From contig JAUCBJ010001695.1 of the NCBI GenBank assembly GCA_032718475.1, positions 20,287 to 84,286 of the forward strand: a DNA stretch of 64,000 nucleotides, written 5' to 3'. This document shows, in pieces, positions 1 to 15,000 of this stretch (its first letter is position 1; every line of letters begins with the position of its first letter). The notes under the pieces were generated by a model, which was not told the origin of the DNA, made no database searches, and was given only the letters and a program-made list of their open reading frames with translations. Position numbers and translations under genes: made by a program. Source of the DNA: Nemertoderma westbladi (taxonomy: Eukaryota > Animalia > Xenacoelomorpha).

Positions 1-3000
1 GCGAACGACGCACCAGTTAGGAAAACATCTGCCCCACTAATAGAACATAGCGAACGGCGCACCAGTTAGGAAAACATCTGCCCCACTAATAGAACATAAT
101 CGAACGGCGCACCAGTTAGGAAAACATCTGCCCCACTAATAGAACATAGGCGAACGGCGCACCAGTTAGGTAAACATCTGCCCCACTAATAGAACATAGC
201 GAACGACGCACCAGTTAGGAAAACATCTGCCCCACTAATAGAACATAGCGAACGACGCACCAGTTAGGAAAACATCTGCCCCACTAATAGAACATAGCGA
301 ACGACGCACCAGTTAGGAAAACATCTGCCCCACTAATAGAACATAATCGAACGGCGCACCAGTTAGGAAAACATCTGCCCCACTAATAGAACATAGCGAA
401 CGACGCACCAGTTAGGAAAACATCTGCCCCACTAATAGAACATAGCGAACGACGCACCAGTTAGGAAAACATCTGCCCCACTAATAGAACATAGCGAACG
501 ACGCACCAGTTAGGAAAACATCTGCCCCACTAATAGAACATAGCGAACGGCGCACCAGTTAGGAAAACATCTGCCCCACTAATAGAACATAATCGAACGG
601 CGCACCAGTTAGGAAAACATCTGCCCCACTAATAGAACATAGGCGAACGGCGCACCAGTTAGGTAAACATCTGCCCCACTAATAGAACATAGCGAACGAC
701 GCACCAGTTAGGAAAACATCTGCCCCACTAATAGAACATAGCGAACGGCGCACCAGTTAGGAAAACATCTGCCCCACTAATAGAACATAATCGAACGGCG
801 CACCAGTTAGGAAAACATCTGCCCCACTAATAGAACATAGGCGAACGGCGCACCAGTTAGGTAAACATCTGCCCCACTAATAGAACATAGCGAACGGCGC
901 ACCAGTTAGGAAAACATCTGCCCCACTAATAGAACATAATCGAACGGCGCACCAGTTAGGAAAACATCTGCCCCACTAATAGAACATAGCGAACGACGCA
1001 CCAGTTAGGAAAACATCTGCCCCACTAATAGAACATAGCGAACGACGCACCAGTTAGGAAAACATCTGCCCCACTAATAGAACATAGCGAACGACGCACC
1101 AGTTAGGAAAACATCTGCCCCACTAATAGAACATAGCGAACGGCGCACCAGTTAGGAAAACATCTGCCCCACTAATAGAACATAATCGAACGGCGCACCA
1201 GTTAGGAAAACATCTGCCCCACTAATAGAACATAGGCGAACGGCGCACCAGTTAGGTAAACATCTGCCCCACTAATAGAACATAGCGAACGACGCACCAG
1301 TTAGGAAAACATCTGCCCCACTAATAGAACATAGCGAACGACGCACCAGTTAGGAAAACATCTGCCCCACTAATAGAACATAGCGAACGACGCACCAGTT
1401 AGGAAAACATCTGCCCCACTAATAGAACATAATCGAACGGCGCACCAGTTAGGAAAACATCTGCCCCACTAATAGAACATAGCGAACGACGCACCAGTTA
1501 GGAAAACATCTGCCCCACTAATAGAACATAGCGAACGACGCACCAGTTAGGAAAACATCTGCCCCACTAATAGAACATAGCGAACGACGCACCAGTTAGG
1601 AAAACATCTGCCCCACTAATAGAACATAGCGAACGGCGCACCAGTTAGGAAAACATCTGCCCCACTAATAGAACATAATCGAACGGCGCACCAGTTAGGA
1701 AAACATCTGCCCCACTAATAGAACATAGGCGAACGGCGCACCAGTTAGGTAAACATCTGCCCCACTAATAGAACATAGCGAACGACGCACCAGTTAGGAA
1801 AACATCTGCCCCACTAATAGAACATAGCGAACGACGCACCAGTTAGGAAAACATCTGCCCCACTAATAGAACATAGCGAACGACGCACCAGTTAGGAAAA
1901 CATCTGCCCCACTAATAGAACATAATCGAACGGCGCACCAGTTAGGAAAACATCTGCCCCACTAATAGAACATAGCGAACGGCGCACCAGTTAGGAAAAC
2001 ATCTGCCCCACTAATAGAACATAATCGAACGGCGCACCAGTTAGGAAAACATCTGCCCCACTAATAGAACATAGCGAACGACGCACCAGTTAGGAAAACA
2101 TCTGCCCCACTAATAGAACATAGCGAACGACGCACCAGTTAGGAAAACATCTGCCCCACTAATAGAACATAGCGAACGGCGCACCAGTTAGGAAAACATC
2201 TGCCCCACTAATAGAACATAATCGAACGGCGCACCAGTTAGGAAAACATCTGCCCCACTAATAGAACATAGGCGAACGGCGCACCAGTTAGGTAAACATC
2301 TGCCCCACTAATAGAACATAGCGAACGGCGCACCAGTTAGGAAAACATCTGCCCCACTAATAGAACATAATCGAACGGCGCACCAGTTAGGAAAACATCT
2401 GCCCCACTAATAGAACATAGCGAACGACGCACCAGTTAGGAAAACATCTGCCCCACTAATAGAACATAGCGAACGACGCACCAGTTAGGAAAACATCTGC
2501 CCCACTAATAGAACATAGCGAACGACGCACCAGTTAGGAAAACATCTGCCCCACTAATAGAACATAGCGAACGGCGCACCAGTTAGGAAAACATCTGCCC
2601 CACTAATAGAACATAATCGAACGGCGCACCAGTTAGGAAAACATCTGCCCCACTAATAGAACATAGGCGAACGGCGCACCAGTTAGGTAAACATCTGCCC
2701 CACTAATAGAACATAGCGAACGGCGCACCAGTTAGGAAAACATCTGCCCCACTAATAGAACATAATCGAACGGCGCACCAGTTAGGAAAACATCTGCCCC
2801 ACTAATAGAACATAGCGAACGGCGCACCAGTTAGGAAAACATCTGCCCCACTAATAGAACATAATCGAACGGCGCACCAGTTAGGAAAACATCTGCCCCA
2901 CTAATAGAACATAGCGAACGACGCACCAGTTAGGAAAACATCTGCCCCACTAATAGAACATAGCGAACGACGCACCAGTTAGGAAAACATCTACCCCACT

Positions 3001-6000
3001 AATAGAACATAGGCGAACGACGCACCAGTTAGGAAAACATCTGCCCCACTAATAGAACATAGGCGAACGGCGCACCAGTTAGGAAAACATCTGCCCCACT
3101 AATAGAACATAGCGAACGACGCACCAGTTAGGAAAACATCTGCCCCACTAATAGAACATAGCGAACGACGCACCAGTTAGGAAAACATCTGCCCCACTAA
3201 TAGAACATAGCGAACGGCGCACCAGTTAGGAAAACATCTGCCCCACTAATAGAACATAATCGAACGGCGCACCAGTTAGGAAAACATCTGCCCCACTAAT
3301 AGAACATAATCGAACGGCGCACCAGTTAGGAAAACATCTGCCCCACTAATAGAACATAGGCGAACGGCGCACCAGTTAGGAAAACATCTGCCCCACTAAT
3401 AGAACATAATCGAACGGCGCACCAGTTAGGAAAACATCTGCCCCACTAATAGAACATAGCGAACGACGCACCAGTTAGGAAAACATCTGCCCCACTAATA
3501 GAACATAGCGAACGACGCACCAGTTAGGAAAACATCTGCCCCACTAATAGAACATAGCGAACGACGCACCAGTTAGGAAAACATCTGCCCCACTAATAGA
3601 ACATAATCGAACGGCGCACCAGTTAGGAAAACATCTGCCCCACTAATAGAACATAGCGAACGACGCACCAGTTAGGAAAACATCTGCCCCACTAATAGAA
3701 CATAGCGAACGACGCACCAGTTAGGAAAACATCTGCCCCACTAATAGAACATAGGCGAACGGCGCACCAGTTAGGAAAACATCTGCCCCACTAATAGAAC
3801 ATAATCGAACGGCGCACCAGTTAGGAAAACATCTGCCCCACTAATAGAACATAGCGAACGACGCACCAGTTAGGAAAACATCTGCCCCACTAATAGAACA
3901 TAGCGAACGACGCACCAGTTAGGAAAACATCTGCCCCACTAATAGAACATAGCGAACGACGCACCAGTTAGGAAAACATCTGCCCCACTAATAGAACATA
4001 GCGAACGACGCACCAGTTAGGAAAACATCTGCCCCACTAATAGAACATAGCGAACGACGCACCAGTTAGGAAAACATCTGCCCCACTAATAGAACATAGC
4101 GAACGGCGCACCAGTTAGGAAAACATCTGCCCCACTAATAGAACATAGCGAACGACGCACCAGTTAGGAAAACATCTGCCCCACTAATAGAACATAGGCG
4201 AACGGCGCACCAGTTAGGAAAACATCTGCCCCACTAATAGAACATAATCGAACGGCGCACCAGTTAGGAAAACATCTGCCCCACTAATAGAACATAGGCG
4301 AACGGCGCACCAGTTAGGAAAACATCTGCCCCACTAATAGAACATAATCGAACGACGCACCAGTTAGGAAAACATCTGCCCCACTAATAGAACATAGGCG
4401 AACGGCGCACCAGTTAGGAAAACATCTGCCCCACTAATAGAACATAGCGAACGACGCACCAGTTAGGAAAACATCTGCCCCACTAATAGAACATAGCGAA
4501 CGACGCACCAGTTAGGAAAACATCTGCCCCACTAATAGAACATAGCGAACGGCGCACCAGTTAGGAAAACATCTGCCCCACTAATAGAACATAATCGAAC
4601 GGCGCACCAGTTAGGAAAACATCTGCCCCACTAATAGAACATAATCGAACGGCGCACCAGTTAGGAAAACATCTGCCCCACTAATAGAACATAGGCGAAC
4701 GGCGCACCAGTTAGGAAAACATCTGCCCCACTAATAGAACATAATCGAACGGCGCACCAGTTAGGAAAACATCTGCCCCACTAATAGAACATAGCGAACG
4801 ACGCACCAGTTAGGAAAACATCTGCCCCACTAATAGAACATAGGCGAACGGCGCACCAGTTAGGAAAACATCTGCCCCACTAATAGAACATAATCGAACG
4901 GCGCACCAGTTAGGAAAACATCTGCCCCACTAATAGAACATAGCGAACGACGCACCAGTTAGGAAAACATCTGCCCCACTAATAGAACATAGGCGAACGG
5001 CGCACCAGTTAGGAAAACATCTGCCCCACTAATAGAACATAATCGAACGGCGCACCAGTTAGGTAAACATCTGCCCCACTAATAACATAGCGAACGGCGC
5101 ACCAGTTAGGTAAACATCTGCCCCACTAATAGAACAAAGGCGAACGACGCAGCAGTTAGGAAAACATCTGCCCCACTAATAGAACATAGGCGGACGACGC
5201 ACCAGTTAGGAAAACATCTGCCCCACTAATAGAACATAGGCGAACGACGCACCAGTTAGGTAAACATCTGCCCCACTAATAGAACATAGCGAACGACGCA
5301 CCAGTTAGGAAAACATCTGCCCCACTAATAGAACATAGCGAACGACGCACCAGTTAGGAAAACATCTGCCCCACTAATAGAACATAATCGAACGGCGCAC
5401 CAGTTAGGTAAACATCTGCCCCACTAATAACATAGCGAACGGCGCACCAGTTAGGTAAACATCTGCCCCACTAATAGAACATAGACGGACGACGCACCAG
5501 TTAGGAAAACATCTGCCCCACTAATAGAACATAATCGAACGGCGCACCAGTTAGGAAAACATCTGCCCCACTAATAGAACATAGGCGAACGACGCACCAG
5601 TTAGGAAAACATCTGCCCCACTAATAGAACATAGACGGACGACGCACCAGTTAGGAAAACATCTGCCCCACTAATAGAACATAGACGGACGACGCACCAG
5701 TTAGGAAAACATCTGCCCCACTAATAGAACATAGGCGAACGACGCACCAGTTAGGAAAACATCTGCCCCACTAATAGAACATAGACGGACGACGCACCAG
5801 TTAGGAAAACATCTGCCCCACTAATAGAACATAATCGAACGGCGCACCAGTTAGGTAAACATCTGCCCCACTAATAGAACATAGGCGAACGGCGCACCAG
5901 TTAGGTAAACATCTGCCCCACTAATAGAACATAATCGAACGGCGCACCAGTTAGGAAAACATCTGCCCCACTAATAGAACATAATCGAACGGCGCACCAG

Positions 6001-9000
6001 TTAGGTAAACATCTGCCCCACTAATAGAACATAATCGAACGGCGCACCAGTTAGGAAAACATCTGCCCCACTAATAGAACATAGCGAACGACGCACCAGT
6101 TAGGTAAACATCTGCCCCACTAATAGAACATAATCGAACGGCGCACCAGTTAGGAAAACATCTGCCCCACTAATAGAACATAATCGAACGACGCACCAGT
6201 TAGGTAAACATCTGCCCCACTAATAGAACATAATCGAACGGCGCACCAGTTAGGAAAACATCTGCCCCACTAATAGAACATAGGCGAACGACGCACCAGT
6301 TAGGAAAACATCTGCCCCACTAATAGAACATAGGCGAACGGCGCACCAGTTAGGAAAACATCTGCCCCACTAATAGAACATAATCGAACGGCGCACCAGT
6401 TAGGTAAACATCTGCCCCACTAATAACATAGCGAACGGCGCACCAGTTAGGTAAACAACTGCCCCACTAATAGAACATAGACGGACGACGCACCAGTTAG
6501 GAAAACATCTGCCCCACTAATAGAACATAGCGAACGACGCACCAGTTAGGTAAACATCTGCCCCACTAATAGAACATAATCGAACGGCGCACCAGTTAGG
6601 TAAACATCTGCCCCACTAATAGAACATAGCGAACGACGCACCAGTTAGGTAAACATCTGCCCCACTAATAGAACATAATCGAACGGCGCACCAGTTAGGT
6701 AAACATCTGCCCCACTAATAGAACATAGGCGAACGGCGCACCAGTTAGGAAAACATCTGCCCCACTAATAGAACATAATCGAACGGCGCACCAGTTAGGT
6801 AAACATCTGCCCCACTAATAACATAGCGAACGACGCACCAGTTAGGTAAACATCTGCCCCACTAATAGAACATAGGCGAACGGCGCACCAGTTAGGTAAA
6901 CATCTGCCCCACTAATAGAACATAGGCGAACGGCGCACCAGTTAGGTAAACATCTGCCCCACTAATAGAACATAGACGGACGACGCACCAGTTAGGAAAA
7001 CATCTGCCCCACTAATAGAACATAATCGAACGACGCACCAGTTAGGAAAATATCTGCCCCACTAATAGAACATAGCGAACGACGCACCAGTTAGGTAAAC
7101 ATCTGCCCCACTAATAGAACATAGCGAACGGCGCACCAGTTAGGAAAACATCTGCCCCACTAATAGAACATAGCGAACGGCGCACCAGTTAGGAAAACAT
7201 CTGCCCCACTAATAGAACATAGGCGAACGGCGCACCAGTTAGGAAAACATCTGCCCCACTAATAGAACATAATCGAACGGCGCACCAGTTAGGTAAACAT
7301 CTGCCCCACTAATAACATAGGCGAACGGCGCACCAGTTAGGAAAACATCTGCCCCACTAATAGAACATAGGCGAACGACGCACCAGTTAGGTAAACATCT
7401 GCCCCACTAATAGAACATAATCGAACGGCGCACCAGTTAGGAAAACATCTGCCCCACTAATAGAACATAGGCGAACGACGCACCAGTTAGGTAAATATCT
7501 GCCCCACTAATAGAACATAGCGAACGACGCACCAGTTAGGAAAACATCTGCCCCACTAATAGAACATAGGCGAACGGCGCACCAGTTAGGAAAACATCTG
7601 CCCCACTAATAGAACATAGGCGAACGGCGCACCAGTTAGGAAAACATCTGCCCCACTAATAGAACATAGGCGAACGACGCACCAGTTAGGTAAACATCTG
7701 CCCCACTAATAGAACATAATCGAACGGCGCACCAGTTAGGAAAACATCTGCCCCACTAATAGAACATAGGCGAACGACGCACCAGTTAGGAAAACATCTG
7801 CCCCACTAATAGAACATAGGCGAACGGTGCACCAGTTAGGAAAACATCTGCCCCACTAATAGAACATAGCGAACGACGCACCAGTTAGGAAAACATCTGC
7901 CCCACTAATAGAACATAGCGAACGACGCACCAGTTAGGAAAACATCTGCCCCACTAATAGAACATAGCGAACGGCGCACCAGTTAGGAAAACATCTGCCC
8001 CACTAATAGAACATAGCGAACGACGCACCAGTTAGGAAAATATCTGCCCCACTAATAGAACATAATCGAACGACGCACCAGTTAGGTAAATATCTGCCCC
8101 ACTAATAGAACATAGCGAACGACGCACCAGTTAGGAAAACATCTGCCCCACTAATAGAACATAGGCGAACGGCGCACCAGTTAGGAAAACATCTGCCCCA
8201 CTAATAGAACATAGCGAACGACGCACCAGTTAGGAAAACATCTGCCCCACTAATAGAACATAGCGAACGACGCACCAGTTAGGAAAACATCTGCCCCACT
8301 AATAGAACATAGCGAACGGCGCACCAGTTAGGAAAACATCTGCCCCACTAATAGAACATAGCGAACGACGCACCAGTTAGGAAAACATCTGCCCCACTAA
8401 TAGAACATAGCGAACGACGCACCAGTTAGGAAAACATCTGCCCCACTAATAGAACATAGCGAACGACGCACCAGTTAGGAAAACATCTGCCCCACTAATA
8501 GAACATAGCGAACGACGCACCAGTTAGGAAAACATCTGCCCCACTAATAGAACATAGCGAACGACGCACCAGTTAGGAAAACATCTGCCCCACTAATAGA
8601 ACATAGCGAACGGCGCACCAGTTAGGAAAACATCTGCCCCACTAATAGAACATAATCGAACGGCGCACCAGTTAGGAAAACATCTGCCCCACTAATAGAA
8701 CATAGGCGAACGGCGCACCAGTTAGGAAAACATCTGCCCCACTAATAGAACATAATCGAACGGCGCACCAGTTAGGTAAACATCTGCCCCACTAATAGAA
8801 CATAGGCGAACGGCGCACCAGTTAGGAAAACATCTGCCCCACTAATAGAACATAATCGAACGACGCACCAGTTAGGAAAACATCTGCCCCACTAATAGAA
8901 CATAGGCGAACGGCGCACCAGTTAGGAAAACATCTGCCCCACTAATAGAACATAATCGAACGGCGCACCAGTTAGGTAAACATCTGCCCCACTAATAGAA

Positions 9001-12000
9001 CATAGGCGAACGACGCACCAGTTAGGAAAACATCTGCCCCACTAATATAACATAGCGAACGACGCACCAGTTAGGAAAACATCTGCCCCACTAATAGAAC
9101 ATAGCGAACGACGCACCAGTTAGGAAAACATCTGCCCCACTAATAGAACATAATCGAACGGCGCACCAGTTAGGTAAACATCTGCCCCACTAATAGAACA
9201 TAATCGAACGGCGCACCAGTTAGGAAAACATCTGCCCCACTAATATAACATAGCGAACGACGCACCAGTTAGGTAAACATCTGCCCCACTAATAGAACAT
9301 AATCGAACGGCGCACCAGTTAGGTAAACATCTGCCCCACTAATAGAACATAGGCGAACGGCGCACCAGTTAGGAAAACATCTGCCCCACTAATAGAACAT
9401 AGCGAACGACGCACCAGTTAGGAAAACATCTGCCCCACTAATAGAACATAATCGAACGGCGCACCAGTTAGGTAAACATCTGCCCCACTAATAACATAGC
9501 GAACGGCGCACCAGTTAGGAAAACATCTGCCCCACTAATAACATAGGCGAACGGCGCACCAGTTAGGTAAACATCTGCCCCACTAATAGAACATAGGCGA
9601 ACGGCGCATCAGTTAGGAAAACATCTGCCCCACTAATAGAACATAGGCGAACGGCGCACCAGTTAGGAAAACATCTGCCCCACTAATAGAACATAGCGAA
9701 CGACGCACCAGTTAGGAAAACATCTGCCCCACTAATAGAACATAGCGAACGGCGCACCAGTTAGGTAAACATCTGCCCCACTAATAACATAGCGAACGAC
9801 GCACCAGTTAGGAAAACATCTGCCCCACTAATAGAACATAGGCGAACGATGCACCAGTTAGGAAAACATCTGCCCCACTAATAACATAGCGAACGACGCA
9901 CCAGTTAGGTAAACATCTGCCCCACTAATAGAACATAGGCGAACGGCGCACCAGTTAGGTAAACATCTGCCCCACTAATAGAACATAATCGAACGGCGCA
10001 CCAGTTAGGTAAACATCTGCCCCACTAATAACATAGCGAACGACGCACCAGTTAGGAAAACATCTGCCCCACTAATAGAACATAGGCGAACGGCGCACCA
10101 GTTAGGTAAACATCTGCCCCACTAATAGAACATAATCGAACGGCGCACCAGTTAGGTAAACATCTGCCCCACTAATAACATAGCGAACGACGCACCAGTT
10201 AGGAAAACATCTGCCCCACTAATAGAACATAGGCGAACGGCGCACCAGTTAGGAAAACATCTGCCCCACTAATAGAACATAATCGAACGGCGCACCAGTT
10301 AGGAAAACATCTGCCCCACTAATAGAACATAGGCGAACGGCGCACCAGTTAGGAAAACATCTGCCCCACTAATAGAACATAGGCGAACGACGCACCAGTT
10401 AGGTAAACATCTGCCCCACTAATAGAACATAATCGAACGGCGCACCAGTTAGGAAAACATCTGCCCCACTAATAGAACATAGGCGAACGACGCACCAGTT
10501 AGGTAAATATCTGCCCCACTAATAGAACATAGCGAACGACGCACCAGTTAGGAAAACATCTGCCCCACTAATAGAACATAATCGAACGGCGCACCAGTTA
10601 GGAAAACATCTGCCCCACTAATAGAACATAATCGAACGGCGCACCAGTTAGGTAAACATCTGCCCCACTAATAGAACATAGCGAACGGCGCACCAGTTAG
10701 GAAAACATCTGCCCCACTAATAGAACATAGGCGAACGGCGCACCAGTTAGGTAAACATCTGCCCCACTAATAGAACATAGGCGAACGACGCACCAGTTAG
10801 GTAAACATCTGCCCCACTAATAGAACATAGCGAACGGCGCACCAGTTAGGAAAACATCTGCCCCACTAATAGAACATAGGCGAACGGCGCACCAGTTAGG
10901 AAAACATCTGCCCCACTAATAGAACATAGGCGAACGGCGCACCAGTTAGGAAAACATCTGCCCCACTAATAGAACATAGGCGAACGGCGCACCAGTTAGG
11001 AAAACATCTGCCCCACTAATAGAACATAATCGAACGGCGCACCAGTTAGGTAAACATCTGCCCCACTAATAGAACATAATCGAACGGCGCACCAGTTAGG
11101 AAAACATCTGCCCCACTAATAGAACATAGCGAACGACGCACCAGTTAGGAAAACATCTGCCCCACTAATAGAACATAATCGAACGGCGCACCAGTTAGGA
11201 AAACATCTGCCCCACTAATAGAACATAGCGAACGACGCACCAGTTAGGTAAACATCTGCCCCACTAATAGAACATAGGCGAACGGCGCACCAGTTAGGAA
11301 AACATCTGCCCCACTAATAGAACATAGGCGAACGACGCACCAGTTAGGTAAACATCTGCCCCACTAATAGAACATAATCGAACGGCGCACCAGTTAGGAA
11401 AACATCTGCCCCACTAATAGAACATAGGCGAACGACGCACCAGTTAGGAAAACATCTGCCCCACTAATAGAACATAATCGAACGACGCACCAGTTAGGAA
11501 AACATCTGCCCCACTAATAGAACATAGGCGAACGGCGCACCAGTTAGGAAAACATCTGCCCCACTAATAACATAGCGAACGGCGCACCAGTTAGGTAAAC
11601 ATCTGCCCCACTAATAGAACATAGGCGAACGGCGCACCAGTTAGGAAAACATCTGCCCCACTAATAGAACATAGCGAACGGCGCACCAGTTAGGTAAACA
11701 TCTGCCCCACTAATAGAACATAATCGAACGGCGCACCAGTTAGGAAAACATCTGCCCCACTAATAGAACATAATCGAACGACGCACCAGTTAGGTAAACA
11801 TCTGCCCCACTAATAGAACATAATCGAACGGCGCACCAGTTAGGAAAACATCTGCCCCACTAATAGAACATAGGCGAACGACGCACCAGTTAGGAAAACA
11901 TCTGCCCCACTAATAGAACATAATCGAACGACGCACCAGTTAGGAAAACATCTGCCCCACTAATAGAACATAGGCGAACGGCGCACCAGTTAGGAAAACA

Positions 12001-15000
12001 TCTGCCCCACTAATAACATAGCGAACGGCGCACCAGTTAGGTAAACATCTGCCCCACTAATAGAACATAGGCGAACGGCGCACCAGTTAGGAAAACATCT
12101 GCCCCACTAATAGAACATAGCGAACGGCGCACCAGTTAGGTAAACATCTGCCCCACTAATAGAACATAATCGAACGGCGCACCAGTTAGGAAAACATCTG
12201 CCCCACTAATAGAACATAATCGAACGGCGCACCAGTTATGTAAACATCTGCCCCACTAATAGAACATAATCGAACGGCGCACCAGTTAGGAAAACATCTG
12301 CCCCACTAATAGAACATAGCGAACGACGCACCAGTTAGGTAAACATCTGCCCCACTAATAGAACATAGCGAACGGCGCACCAGTTAGGTAAACATCTGCC
12401 CCACTAATAGAACATAGCGAACGACGCACCAGTTAGGTAAACATCTGCCCCACTAATAGAACATAGGCGAACGGCGCACCAGTTAGGTAAACATCTGCCC
12501 CACTAATAGAACATAGCGAACGACGCACCAGTTAGGAAAACATCTGCCCCACTAATAGAACATAGGCGAACGACGCACCAGTTAGGAAAATATCTGCCCC
12601 ACTAATAGAACATAGCGAACGACGCACCAGTTAGGTAAACATCTGCCCCACTAATAGAACATAGGCGAACGGCGCACCAGTTAGGAAAACATCTGCCCCA
12701 CTAATAGAACATAATCGAACGGCGCACCAGTTAGGAAAACATCTGCCCCACTAATAGAACATAGCGAACGGCGCACCAGTTAGGTAAACATCTGCCCCAC
12801 TAATAGAACATAGGCGAACGGCGCACCAGTTAGGAAAACATCTGCCCCACTAATAGAACATAGCGAACGGCGCACCAGTTAGGTAAACATCTGCCCCACT
12901 AATAGAACATAGCGAACGGCGCACCAGTTAGGAAAACATCTGCCCCACTAATAGAACATAATCGAACGGCGCACCAGTTAGGAAAACATCTGCCCCACTA
13001 ATAGAACATAGCGAACGACGCACCAGTTAGGAAAACATCTGCCCCACTAATAGAACATAATTGAACGGCGCACCAGTTAGGAAAACATCTGCCCCACTAA
13101 TAGAACATAGCGAACGACGCACCAGTTAGGAAAACATCTGCCCCACTAATAGAACATAGGCGAACGGCGCACCAGTTAGGAAAACATCTGCCCCACTAAT
13201 AGAACATAATCGAACGGCGCACCAGTTAGGAAAACATCTGCCCCACTAATAGAACATAGGCGAACGGCGCACCAGTTAGGAAAACATCTGCCCCACTAAT
13301 AGAACATAATCGAACGGCGCACCAGTTAGGAAAACATCTGCCCCACTAATAGAACATAATCGAACGGCGCACCAGTTAGGAAAACATCTGCCCCACTAAT
13401 AGAACATAATCGAACGGCGCACCAGTTAGGAAAACATCTGCCCCACTAATAGAACATAGGCGAACGGCGCACCAGTTAGGAAAACATCTGCCCCACTAAT
13501 AGAACATAATCGAACGGCGCACCAGTTAGGAAAACATCTGCCCCACTAATAGAACATAGCGAACGACGCACCAGTTAGGAAAACATCTGCCCCACTAATA
13601 TAACATAATCGAACGGCGCACCAGTTAGGAAAACATCTGCCCCACTAATAGAACATAGCAAACGGCGCACCAGTTAGGAAAACATCTGCCCCACTAATAG
13701 AACATAGGCGAACGGCGCACCAGTTAGGAAAACATCTGCCCCACTAATAGAACATAGCGAACGGCGCACCAGTTAGGTAAACATCTGCCCCACTAATAGA
13801 ACATAGGCGAACGACGCACCAGTTAGGAAAACATCTGCCCCACTAATAGAACATAGCAAACGGCGCACCAGTTAGGAAAACATCTGCCCCACTAATAGAA
13901 CATAGGCGAACGGCGCACCAGTTAGGAAAACATCTGCCCCACTAATAGAACATAGCGAACGGCGCACCAGTTAGGTAAACATCTGCCCCACTAATAGAAC
14001 ATAGGCGAACGACGCACCAGTTAGGAAAACATCTGCCCCACTAATAGAACATAGGCGAACGACGCACCAGTTAGGAAAACATCTGCCCCACTAATAGAAC
14101 ATAGGCGAACGGCGCACCAGTTAGGTAAACATCTGCCCCACTAATAGAACATAGGCGAACGGCGCACCAGTTAGGTAAACATCTGCCCCACTAATAGAAC
14201 ATAATCGAACGGCGCACCAGTTAGGAAAACATCTGCCCCACTAATAGAACATAGCGAACGGCGCACCAGTTAGGTAAACATCTGCCCCACTAATAGAACA
14301 TAGGCGAACGACGCACCAGTTAGGAAAACATCTGCCCCACTAATAGAACATAGGCGAACGACGCACCAGTTAGGAAAACATCTGCCCCACTAATAGAACA
14401 TAATCGAACGGCGCACCAGTTAGGTAAACATCTGCCCCACTAATAGAACATAGCGAACGGCGCACCAGTTAGGAAAACATCTGCCCCACTAATATAACAT
14501 AATCGAACGGCGCACCAGTTAGGAAAACATCTGCCCCACTAATAGAACATAGCGAACGGCGCACCAGTTAGGAAAACATCTGCCCCACTAATAGAACATA
14601 ATCGAACGGCGCACCAGTTAGGAAAACATCTGCCCCACTAATAGAACATAGCGAACGGCGCACCAGTTAGGAAAACATCTGCCCCACTAATAGAACATAG
14701 CGAACGACGCACCAGTTAGGAAAATATCTGCCCCACTAATAGAACATAATCGAACGACGCACCAGTTAGGTAAATATCTGCCCCACTAATAGAACATAGC
14801 GAACGACGCACCAGTTAGGTAAACATCTGCCCCACTAATAGAACATAGCGAACGACGCACCAGTTAGGAAAACATCTGCCCCACTAATAGAACATAGCGA
14901 ACGGCGCACCAGTTAGGAAAACATCTGCCCCACTAATAGAACATAGCGAACGACGCACCAGTTAGGAAAACATCTGCCCCACTAATAGAACATAGCGAAC

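Noticed and set aside
5081-5090. The deletion variant contains AATAACATAG, identical to a Drosophila 10-bp satellite unit
   Set aside because: An isolated AT-rich 10-mer produced by a 2-bp deletion and not tandem; most likely coincidence.
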